A DNA stretch of 40,000 bases from an uncultured Clostridiaceae bacterium (GTDB lineage: Bacteria; Bacillota; Clostridia; TANB77; CAG-465). A model generated the notes under the pieces. It searched no databases. It had not been told where the DNA came from and worked only from the letters and a program-made list of their open reading frames with translations. This document shows positions 27,803 to 34,748 of the stretch, piece by piece (positions within the stretch are counted from its first letter, which is position 1; each line of letters opens with the position of its first letter). The stretch is taken from contig CAZQJQ010000006.1 of NCBI GenBank assembly GCA_964593045.1, positions 4,255-44,254 on the forward strand, read 5' to 3'. The position numbers were made by a program, and so were the translations under genes.

Positions 27803-27817
27803 ATATTCCGAACTCTC
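27803..27817 (-). repeat. Inverted partial copy of the border repeat
   Basis: The reverse complement reads GAGAGTTCGGAATAT. This equals the 28575 copy (AGAGTTCGGAA-ACTTTTGA-TATT) with the central 8 nt missing. It overlaps the -35 position of the CPBP gene promoter (TGaTATAAT, 27834-27842). Confidence 0.5.
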
Positions 27818-27862
27818 TAATTATAAGAATCTATGATATAATGGTTAATAGGAGTTGATAGT

Positions 27863-28576
27863 ATGAATAATAAATTAAAGTATTTATTACCAATTCGTTC
27901 AATAATGTTTATACTTATATTTGTTATAGGATCATTAATTGTAAATAAGAATATAAGTGATATTAGTAATTGGTGGAGTATAGTAGCGACTATAGTTAAT
28001 CTAATAACTATTTTATTGTTAGTTTTAATAACTAAGAAAATGAATATTAGTTATTCTAAATTAATAAATTATGAAAAAGGAAAAACAAAAATTAAAAATA
28101 CAATTATTATATCCTTAGTTGTTTTGTTTGTTGGAACAATTGGAATGTATTTAGCTGGTTTTATTTGTTATGGAAAGTTTCCATATGCTGCACCTATGAT
28201 GATTGCACCAATACCACTTATACTTGCGATAATTAATTTTGTCCTTTTACCTTTAACAGTATCATTTGCAGAAGACGGATTATATTTAGGTTGTGGAGTT
28301 AATAGTTTTAAAAATAAGTATATGGCTATATTAATACCTGCATTCTTTTATGCTATTCAACATAGTTTTATACCAACACTATTTGATGGTAAATATATAA
28401 TATATAGATTCTTATCATTTTTACCATTAACAATAATTTTATGTTGGTATTATCATAAACATAAAAATCCAGTTCCTATTATGATAGGTCATGCTCTTAT
28501 AGAAGTAGCAAGTGTAGTTATGATATTAATGACTTCAATAAGCCTTGAATTATATCAAACAATGTTGAATATGTAG
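27863..28576 (+). CDS. Polytopic membrane protein, CPBP (CAAX protease/bacteriocin-processing, Abi-type) family-like
   Basis: Multiple TM helices (not counted precisely). FAEDGLYLG (variant of the EExxxR motif), FFYAIQH (FxxxH), IGHALIE (Hxxx[N/E]). AGGAG SD. Confidence 0.45.
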   Translation: MNNKLKYLLPIRSIMFILIFVIGSLIVNKNISDISNWWSIVATIVNLITILLLVLITKKMNISYSKLINYEKGKTKIKNTIIISLVVLFVGTIGMYLAGFICYGKFPYAAPMMIAPIPLILAIINFVLLPLTVSFAEDGLYLGCGVNSFKNKYMAILIPAFFYAIQHSFIPTLFDGKYIIYRFLSFLPLTIILCWYYHKHKNPVPIMIGHALIEVASVVMILMTSISLELYQTMLNM

Positions 28577-28653
28577 AGTTCGGAAACTTTTGATATTCCG
28601 TTCACAATATGGATATATTAGGAACAAATCAGAATTAAAAATTCTGGTTTTTT
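28575..28653 (+). repeat. Copy 2 of the island border repeat, including a small hairpin and a terminator
   Basis: AGAGTTCGGAAACTTTTGATATTCCGTTCACAATATGG...CAGAATTAAAAATTCTGGTTTTTT is alignable over about 85 nt with 33780-33865. It starts inside the CPBP stop codon. Confidence 0.6.
28630..28653 (+). terminator. Intrinsic terminator after the CPBP gene
   Basis: CAGAATT (28630-28636), loop AAA, AATTCTG (28640-28646), then GTTTTTT. Confidence 0.65.
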
Positions 28654-28654
28654 A

Positions 28655-28683
28655 TTGAAATAATTTAAAATTAAATGTATAAT
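28655..28683 (+). promoter_or_regulatory. Sigma-A-type promoter of the zur-znu module
   Basis: TTGAAA (28655-28660), 17-nt spacer, TATAAT (28678-28683). Confidence 0.6.
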
Positions 28684-28689
28684 TGAATA

Positions 28690-28704
28690 TGAAAATCATT
28701 TTCA
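28690..28704. promoter_or_regulatory. Perfect 7-1-7 Fur-family operator (candidate Zur box)
   Basis: TGAAAATcATTTTCA is a perfect palindrome starting 7 nt after the -10 hexamer, 20 nt upstream of the Fur-family gene start. Confidence 0.65.
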
Positions 28705-28723
28705 AATTGAAAAGGATGATTGT

Positions 28724-29125
28724 ATGGCAAGAAGTGAATCTTACAATACAAAACAAAAAGATATTATACTTAATGCTATTAAGAAACGAGAACAAGAATT
28801 TACAATTAAGGATTTATATAATGAAATAAAAGATATAACTGGTTTAACTACTATTTATAGACTGGTGGATAAACTTGTAGAAGATGGTAGATTGAGTAAG
28901 TCAATTGGCAAAGATAATACAACATACTATCAATATTTAGAAGAATGTGATGAAGATAATCACTTTTATCTTAAATGTGATAATTGTGGTAATATGGTTC
29001 ATGTTGATTGTGAATGTATAGAAGATTTGTCGAGTCATATATTTAAAAAACATAAATTTATGCCAAATAAAGAACATATAATTATTAATGGAGTTTGTGA
29101 AAAATGTATTAAGAAAGGAAAATAA
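28724..29125 (+). CDS. zur: Fur-family metalloregulator, Zur-like by context
   Basis: Winged-helix LTTIYRLVDKLVEDGRLSK. NHFYLKCDNCGNMVHVDC and VCEKC give the two CxxC pairs of the structural Zn site. Directly upstream of znuABC-type genes. Confidence 0.7.
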   Translation: MARSESYNTKQKDIILNAIKKREQEFTIKDLYNEIKDITGLTTIYRLVDKLVEDGRLSKSIGKDNTTYYQYLEECDEDNHFYLKCDNCGNMVHVDCECIEDLSSHIFKKHKFMPNKEHIIINGVCEKCIKKGK

Positions 29126-29127
29126 TT

Positions 29128-29427
29128 ATGATAAAAGCAAAAAATATAACAAAAATTATTGCTATTATTTTATTAGTATCTATGATACTTCGTTTTTGTT
29201 TTGTCATAATACACTTAAATCATGATTGTACTCATGATGATAATTGTCCTATTTGTGCATTGATTCACAAATTTAAAGATGATTTAAATGGGTTTGATCC
29301 AAACTTAGCTAAAGTAGTAATTGCTATTTTATTAATATTTCCTCCAGTAGCAACTTACTTAAGCAATAAAATTAGAGATAAAAAGAAAGATACACTTGTA
29401 GGGTTAAAGGTTGAGTTAATAAATTAA
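29128..29427 (+). CDS. Small two-TM membrane protein with a Cys/His-rich loop (HLNHDCTHDDNCPICALIH)
   Basis: ATG lies 2 nt after the zur stop, with AAAGGA SD inside zur. TM1 is roughly residues 9-29, TM2 roughly 61-78. Basic N- and C-termini suggest the Cys/His loop faces outward. Confidence 0.6.
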   Translation: MIKAKNITKIIAIILLVSMILRFCFVIIHLNHDCTHDDNCPICALIHKFKDDLNGFDPNLAKVVIAILLIFPPVATYLSNKIRDKKKDTLVGLKVELIN

Positions 29428-29429
29428 TA

Positions 29430-29464
29430 CCATCTTTAAAGCATAAACAAAATTTTAAAGATGG
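29430..29464 (+). promoter_or_regulatory. Perfect 11-bp inverted repeat whose 3' arm overlaps the znuA Shine-Dalgarno
   Basis: CCATCTTTAAA (29430-29440) pairs with TTTAAAGATGG (29454-29464), 13-nt loop. The GGAGG SD is 29463-29467. No T-run follows. Confidence 0.5.
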
Positions 29465-29473
29465 AGGAAGCAA

Positions 29474-30424
29474 ATGAAAAAAGTATTAAAAGTAATGGTT
29501 GTTGCAATTATGGTTTTTAGTATAGTTGGTTTAACTGGTTGCAACAAAAATAAAAGTAATGACAAACTAACTATTATTTCTACAAGTTTTCCAGGATATG
29601 ATTTTGCAAGAGCAATTACAAAAGATAATAATAATGTAGAAGTAAAAATGTTATTAAAACCTGGAGCAGAAATGCATGACTTTGAACCTACACCACAGGA
29701 TATTAAAGACATAAAAAATAGTGATATATTCATTTATGTTGGCGGAGATTCAGATGAGTGGATAGAAGATATATTAGATGATATTGATACAGATCAAACT
29801 AAAATCGTAAAACTAATTGATTTAGTTGATACAGTAGAAGAAGATGTAATTGAAGGTATGGAAGAACATGAAGAAGATGAAGAGGAAGAAGAAGTTGAAT
29901 ACGATGAACATGTTTGGACTAGCCCTGCTAATGCAATTACAATAACTAATAAATTAAAAGATGAAGTTGTTAAAATTGATAATGACAACAAAGAATTATA
30001 TGAAAAAAATGCAAGTAATTATGTTAGTGATTTAACTAATATTGATAGTGAAATTAAAGATATAGTTAAAAATGCAAAAAGAAAAGAAATAATTTTTGGA
30101 GATAGATTTCCACTTCGTTATTTTGTAGACGAATATGGATTATCTTATTATGCTGCTTTTCCTGGATGTTCAGAACAAACAGAAGCAAGCGCAAAAACTA
30201 TTTCATTCTTAATTAATAAAGTAAAAGAAGATAAAATACCTGTAGTATTCCACATTGAATTATCAAATGGAAAAATTGCTGATGCTATAGCAAAAGAAAC
30301 AGGTGTAAAAGTATTAGAATTTAAAACAGCTCATAATATATCACAAAAAGACTTTGATGCTGGAGTAACTTATGTTGATATTATGAAAGATAATATGAAA
30401 GTATTAAAAGAAGCTCTTAATTAA
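29474..30424 (+). CDS. znuA: Metal (zinc) ABC transporter substrate-binding lipoprotein, cluster A-I ZnuA/AdcA type
   Basis: Lipobox LTGC. MHDFEPTPQD and DEHVWTSP metal-ligand contexts. Acidic/His loop EGMEEHEEDEEEEEVEYDEH typical of Zn-specific members. Confidence 0.85.
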   Translation: MKKVLKVMVVAIMVFSIVGLTGCNKNKSNDKLTIISTSFPGYDFARAITKDNNNVEVKMLLKPGAEMHDFEPTPQDIKDIKNSDIFIYVGGDSDEWIEDILDDIDTDQTKIVKLIDLVDTVEEDVIEGMEEHEEDEEEEEVEYDEHVWTSPANAITITNKLKDEVVKIDNDNKELYEKNASNYVSDLTNIDSEIKDIVKNAKRKEIIFGDRFPLRYFVDEYGLSYYAAFPGCSEQTEASAKTISFLINKVKEDKIPVVFHIELSNGKIADAIAKETGVKVLEFKTAHNISQKDFDAGVTYVDIMKDNMKVLKEALN

Positions 30425-31104
30425 TGACTTTAATTGAACTTAAGAATCTATCTCTTGGATATGAAAATCATATTGTATTAAAAGATATAAATATGACTAT
30501 TGAAGAAAATGACTTTATATGTATAGTTGGACCAAATGGATCTGGTAAATCAACTTTAATTAAAGGAATACTTGGACTTATAAAAGCAAGCAAAGGTAAA
30601 GTAATATATCATAATTTAAAACAAAACTTTATAGGATATATGCCACAAGAAACACGAGTAGATTCTAATTTTCCAGCATCAGTTTTTGAAATTGTTTTAT
30701 CTGGAACACTAAATAGATTAGGATTAAAACCAATTTACTCAAAAAAAGAAAAACAGATAGCGTTTGATAATTTAAAAATACTTGGTATAGAAAATTTAAA
30801 AGATAAGAACTTTTGTGATTTATCAGGTGGTCAAAGACAAAAAGTATTATTAGCAAGAAGTCTTTGTGCCACTTCTAAATTACTTATATTGGATGAACCA
30901 TCTAATAATTTAGATAGCAAGTCAAAACAAGAACTATATAAAACAATAATAGATTTAAATAACAATCATAACATTACAATAATAATGATTACACATGATT
31001 TAGATCATGACAATTTAATCGGTAATAAAATACTATCATTAAGAGAAGATGAAACATTCTTTGGAACAACAGAAGAGTTTATAAAGAAGGTGCATCATGA
31101 GTAA
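30424..31104 (+). CDS. znuC: Zinc ABC transporter ATP-binding protein
   Basis: GPNGSGKST Walker A, LSGGQRQK signature, LLILDEP Walker B. Start overlaps the znuA stop. Confidence 0.85.
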   Translation: MTLIELKNLSLGYENHIVLKDINMTIEENDFICIVGPNGSGKSTLIKGILGLIKASKGKVIYHNLKQNFIGYMPQETRVDSNFPASVFEIVLSGTLNRLGLKPIYSKKEKQIAFDNLKILGIENLKDKNFCDLSGGQRQKVLLARSLCATSKLLILDEPSNNLDSKSKQELYKTIIDLNNNHNITIIMITHDLDHDNLIGNKILSLREDETFFGTTEEFIKKVHHE

Positions 31105-31918
31105 TATTATAGAAATGTTTTCATTCTCTTTTATGATGAGAGCTTTTATAGTAGGTATATTAATATCTTTATGTGCATCATTAATAGGTGTTTCACTTGT
31201 TTTAAGAAGAAACTCTATGATTGGTGATGGATTATCTCATGTTGGATTTGGAGCATTTGCAATAGCTACTATTTTAGGATTTGCACCACTTGAATTTGCA
31301 ATACCAATTGTTATTATCGTTTCGTTTTTTATATTAAAATTAAATGATAGTAGTAAAATACATGGAGATTCAGCAATCGCACTTATTTCGGCAAGTTCTC
31401 TTGCAATAGGAACATTTGCTATATCCGTAACAAAAGGTGTTAATACTGATATAAATAACTATTTATTTGGAAGTATTTTATCAATAAACGAAACAGATAT
31501 AATTGTAAGTGTAATATTATCTATTTTAGTAATTTTATTGTATGTAATCTCTTATAACAAAATATTTGCTATTACCTTTGATGAAAAGTTTGCTAAATCA
31601 ATAGGAATTAATACTAATCTTTATAATATGATTTTTGCAAGTTTATGTTCTATTGTTGTAGTTCTTGGAATGAGATTAATGGGTTCACTTTTAATATCAA
31701 GTTTAATAATATTTCCAACACTTTCATCTATGCAGATTTTAAAAAAATTTAAAAGTGTTGTAATATCAAGTATTTTTATATCTATAGTATCATTTACAAT
31801 AGGATTAATTGTTTCATATAATTATGCAACTCCGGCAGGAGCTACTATTGTAATTATTAATTTAGTAGTGTTCATTATATTTAAAATAATTTCTTATTTA
31901 AGAATAAGGAGGAAATAA
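31097..31918 (+). CDS. znuB: Zinc ABC transporter permease (ABC-3 family)
   Basis: 273 aa, polytopic, GDGLSHVGFG motif region. Overlaps znuC by 8 nt. Confidence 0.85.
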   Translation: MSNIIEMFSFSFMMRAFIVGILISLCASLIGVSLVLRRNSMIGDGLSHVGFGAFAIATILGFAPLEFAIPIVIIVSFFILKLNDSSKIHGDSAIALISASSLAIGTFAISVTKGVNTDINNYLFGSILSINETDIIVSVILSILVILLYVISYNKIFAITFDEKFAKSIGINTNLYNMIFASLCSIVVVLGMRLMGSLLISSLIIFPTLSSMQILKKFKSVVISSIFISIVSFTIGLIVSYNYATPAGATIVIINLVVFIIFKIISYLRIRRK

Positions 31919-32922
31919 TGGATATAATAAAAAACATTTCAATAATATTTATTTCAATATTTTTTGAGAGTTTACCATTTTTACTTTTAGGATCGCTAAT
32001 ATCATCAGTTATAGAAACTTATGTGTCAAATGAAACGATTGCTAAAATAATACCTAAAAATAAAATATTAGGATCTATTGTTGGTGTGTTTCTAGGATTT
32101 TTCTTACCTGCTTGTGATTGTGCAGTGATACCTATATCAAAAAGATTATTAAAGAAGAAAGTTCCTATTAATGTAGCAATATCATTTATGTTGGCTTCAC
32201 CAATTATAAACCCAGTAGTTTTGCTTTCAACATATAATGCCTTTTATAGAACTAATCCTGAAATATTTTGGTATAGACTATTATTTGGAATTATAATAGC
32301 TTTACTAATAGGAATAATAATGGGAATAATCTTTGGTAAAAAGGAAGTTATTACAAATAGTTTGATAGATGAAGACGAAGAATGCCAACATTGTCATAGG
32401 CAAGAAGAAAAGAAAGAAATAGATGAGGACTTTAAAGATTTAGTGGAAGAATTTAAAGATTCTGACTTTGAAGAAGAATGTCATTGTCATCATGAAAAGC
32501 ATACTCACCATAGTTTAAAGAATGATATCTTATCTATTTGCAGACATACTGCTTATGATTTGTTTGAAGTAGTTAAATACTTAATGTTTGGTGCTTTAAT
32601 TGCTAGTTTAGTTCAAGTATTATTACCAAGAAATGTTTTAATGATATTTAATAATAATCAAGTATTATCAATCATAGTATTAATGTTATTTGCTTATTTA
32701 ATATCATTATGTTCAACTTCAGATTCATTTGTAGGTAAATCATTATTATCAACATTTAATGAAAGTTCTATTATTGCATATTTACTTTTAGGACCAATGA
32801 TAGATATTAAAAATACGATAGTTCTTTTAGGGAATTATAAGAAAAGTTTTGTATGGACTTTAATATTCTTGATATTTGTAGTTATCTTCTTATTTAGTCT
32901 ATTGGTGGTGAAGATATTATGA
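31918..32922 (+). CDS. COG0701/UPF0718 (YcgR-like) permease with an inserted His/Cys/acidic loop
   Basis: Polytopic, with a PACDCAVIP motif. Central loop DEDEECQHCHRQEE...EEECHCHHEKHTHHS is encoded at 32368-32513. The start shares its first base with the last base of the znuB stop codon (ATG 31918-31920 vs TAA 31916-31918). Confidence 0.7.
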   Translation: MDIIKNISIIFISIFFESLPFLLLGSLISSVIETYVSNETIAKIIPKNKILGSIVGVFLGFFLPACDCAVIPISKRLLKKKVPINVAISFMLASPIINPVVLLSTYNAFYRTNPEIFWYRLLFGIIIALLIGIIMGIIFGKKEVITNSLIDEDEECQHCHRQEEKKEIDEDFKDLVEEFKDSDFEEECHCHHEKHTHHSLKNDILSICRHTAYDLFEVVKYLMFGALIASLVQVLLPRNVLMIFNNNQVLSIIVLMLFAYLISLCSTSDSFVGKSLLSTFNESSIIAYLLLGPMIDIKNTIVLLGNYKKSFVWTLIFLIFVVIFLFSLLVVKIL

Positions 32923-33779
32923 GTAAAAGATATTTAGGATTAATATGTTTACTATATTCAGGTATATTTGGATATGTTGTAATATTTGATAAACTTAAAA
33001 ACTTTTTAGCACCTCAAATGCAAATGTATATTAAGTTATCAATAATACCAATGTTGTTAATTGGACTTGTAATGTTATTTAATAATAAAGTTAATTATAA
33101 ATTTAAAATTAGTGACTTAATATTGGTATTACCACTTGTTTTATTAATATTTGCAGGAGATGGAAGATTAACATCAAGTTTTGCAAGTAGTAGAATAACA
33201 AATCTTAATACAGAAAATAGAACTAAAAGTGAGGAAAAGGTAGAAGCTAAAAAAGAGGAAGAAATTATAGAATTGCCAAAAAGTGAAGAAAAAAAAGAAG
33301 AAGTTAAAGAAGAACCAACAGAAGAAAATATTAACAATTATGATTTTTCTAATGTTGATTTTGATATTGTAGATGCAAGTTATAGTGAATTATCTAATTA
33401 TATAACATTTGCTCCTAAAGCAGATAAATTTAAAGGTCAAACAATAAGAGTTAGAGGTTTTGCTTTAAAAAAAGCATCTTATTTGCCAGATGGATACTTT
33501 GCTATAGGAAAATATGCAATAAGTTGTTGTGCAGCTGATGCAGGGTTTACTGGATTCATTGCAAAATATGACAATAACAAGATAACAACAGATAAGTGGT
33601 ATGAGGTTGAAGGTATATTAGAAAAAGGAAAAGACAAAGATGGATATAATATAATGTATATAAATGTCATAAACATTAAAGAGATAAGTTCTAAAGGAGA
33701 AGAACAATATGTATATCCATGTTATGCTTATGATGATGGTTCTTGTGAAGCTATGTCAAAGTATGATTTGGAATATTAA
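32919..33779 (+). CDS. TIGR03943 / UPF0703 (YcgQ-like) partner subunit of the two-component permease
   Basis: N-terminal TM helices, E/K-rich linker, C-terminal domain with ISCCAADAGFTGF. 4-nt overlap with the permease gene. Confidence 0.7.
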   Translation: MSKRYLGLICLLYSGIFGYVVIFDKLKNFLAPQMQMYIKLSIIPMLLIGLVMLFNNKVNYKFKISDLILVLPLVLLIFAGDGRLTSSFASSRITNLNTENRTKSEEKVEAKKEEEIIELPKSEEKKEEVKEEPTEENINNYDFSNVDFDIVDASYSELSNYITFAPKADKFKGQTIRVRGFALKKASYLPDGYFAIGKYAISCCAADAGFTGFIAKYDNNKITTDKWYEVEGILEKGKDKDGYNIMYINVINIKEISSKGEEQYVYPCYAYDDGSCEAMSKYDLEY

Positions 33780-33865
33780 AGAGTTTGTAATCTTTTGATA
33801 TTACGATTTGTTCGCAATAGGTTGCTAATGCGCAAACATGACAGACTAAAAAGTCTGTTTTTTTG
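33780..33865 (+). repeat. Copy 3 of the island border repeat, including a small hairpin and a terminator
   Basis: AGAGTTTGTAATCTTTTGATATTACGATTTGTTCGCAATAGG...GCGCAAACATG ACAGACTAAAAAGTCTGTTTTTTT starts immediately after the TAA stop at 33777-33779. Confidence 0.6.
33841..33865 (+). terminator. Intrinsic terminator after the zinc module
   Basis: ACAGACT (33841-33847), loop AAAA, AGTCTGT (33852-33858), then TTTTTTT. Confidence 0.7.
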
Positions 33866-33867
33866 TG

Positions 33868-33913
33868 TAGGAAAAATTTAGGAAAAATGAATATAGTTTT
33901 CTAGGATAAAAAT
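33868..33913 (+). repeat. Iteron-like direct repeats upstream of the HTH/Rep-like gene
   Basis: TAGGAAAAATt (33868-33878) and TAGGAAAAATg (33879-33889) are in tandem. A degenerate third copy TAGGATAAAAAT lies at 33902-33913. Confidence 0.5.
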
Positions 33914-33963
33914 AGAGAATTTTTTGACATGTTTTAAATAATCAATATTCGAGATAATGATAT

Positions 33964-33983
33964 TGAACAAAGGCCGATGTTCA
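33964..33983. promoter_or_regulatory. Palindromic operator-like site just upstream of the HTH gene RBS
   Basis: TGAACA (33964-33969), 8-nt spacer, TGTTCA (33978-33983). The AAAGGAG SD is at 33992-33998. Confidence 0.4.
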
Positions 33984-34006
33984 GTAATTTGAAAGGAGAT
34001 TAAAAC

Positions 34007-34525
34007 ATGGAAAACTATATTGTAATTTATGCAGTAGTACCAAAAGAAATTTATGAAACAAAAATGTTAACACCAGAAGAAAAATTGATTGCTGAACGTA
34101 TTATATACTTATGCAAAAAGGAAGGGTATTGTTGGATAACAAATAAAAGATTATCTGAAATGTATAGTATAACAATAGAAACAGCTTCAAGACATATTAA
34201 AAAATTAGAAAGGATAGGATTAATTAAATGTATTTATGATCATAATGACAAAAATACTAAAAGGGTTATTCAATTAGTTGATGACATATGGACTAAATGG
34301 TCAACAAGAGATAAATCAAATAATCAAGATGATCTTGATTATTCGGTTAAACATAATAATAAATATAATAATAGAAATAATTATAAATATAATAGTGATA
34401 AAAAAGATAAAGCACCAGTTCCTTGGTGGTTAGATGAAGAAATAGAACAAGATTTAGCTACACCTGAAGAACAAGCTGAAATGCAAAGAATGTTAGATGA
34501 AATAACAGGTGGTTCTAATGAATGA
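34007..34525 (+). CDS. Helix-turn-helix protein of the mobile-element Rep/DnaD-like regulator type
   Basis: LTPEEKLIAERIIYLCKKEGYCWITNKRLSEMYSITIETASRHIKKLERIGLI is a winged HTH. N/K-rich middle and acidic C-terminus. Position is first in the xis-int-mob operon. Confidence 0.5.
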   Translation: MENYIVIYAVVPKEIYETKMLTPEEKLIAERIIYLCKKEGYCWITNKRLSEMYSITIETASRHIKKLERIGLIKCIYDHNDKNTKRVIQLVDDIWTKWSTRDKSNNQDDLDYSVKHNNKYNNRNNYKYNSDKKDKAPVPWWLDEEIEQDLATPEEQAEMQRMLDEITGGSNE

Positions 34526-34748
34526 TAAGTTAGTTTATACAGTTCATGAAGTTTCATCTATATTGCACTCAAGTCCAAATTATATTTATGAATTAATTAA
34601 AAAAGGTTATTTACCAGCTATTAAATTAGGGAGTTTAAAAGTATTAAAATCTTCACTAGAAAGATTCTTGATTCAAAATGAGGGAAAAGATTTATCAAAT
34701 TTATCTGATATTAAAAAGATAGTAATTGAGGTAGAAGTAAATGAGTAA
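34509..34748 (+). CDS. xis: Excisionase-family (MerR-like HTH_17) DNA-binding protein
   Basis: YTVHEVSSILHSSPNYIYELIKKGYLPAIKLGSLKVLKSSLERFL. 79 aa. Overlaps the upstream gene by 17 nt and int by 8 nt. Confidence 0.75.
   Translation: MVLMNDKLVYTVHEVSSILHSSPNYIYELIKKGYLPAIKLGSLKVLKSSLERFLIQNEGKDLSNLSDIKKIVIEVEVNE

Larger units (their letters stand above)
25378..33779 (+). mobile_element. Integrase-bearing integrative module(s) without xis or relaxase, carrying regulator/CPBP and zinc-uptake cargo; may be two units split at 28575
   Basis: Begins 11 nt after the secA stop. Tyrosine integrase at the left end. Border repeats at 25378, 28575 and 33780. Boundaries are inferred, not proven. Confidence 0.5.

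Noticed and set aside
29860-29900. GAA/GAG-rich run that looks like a simple-sequence repeat
   Set aside because: It encodes the acidic/His loop (EEHEEDEEEEEVEYDEH) typical of Zn-specific ZnuA-type binding proteins. It is not a perfect repeat, so there is no evidence for phase variation.
25378-33865. Integron-like reading of the island (integrase followed by genes each ending in a hairpin-forming recombination site, attC-style)
   Set aside because: The structure-over-sequence conservation of the repeat made this tempting. However, the integrases have arm-binding N-domains typical of phage/ICE integrases and are co-oriented with the cargo. The 'cassettes' carry their own promoters, and one holds eight genes. 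Only three or four sites exist. Tandem accretion explains the data with fewer assumptions.
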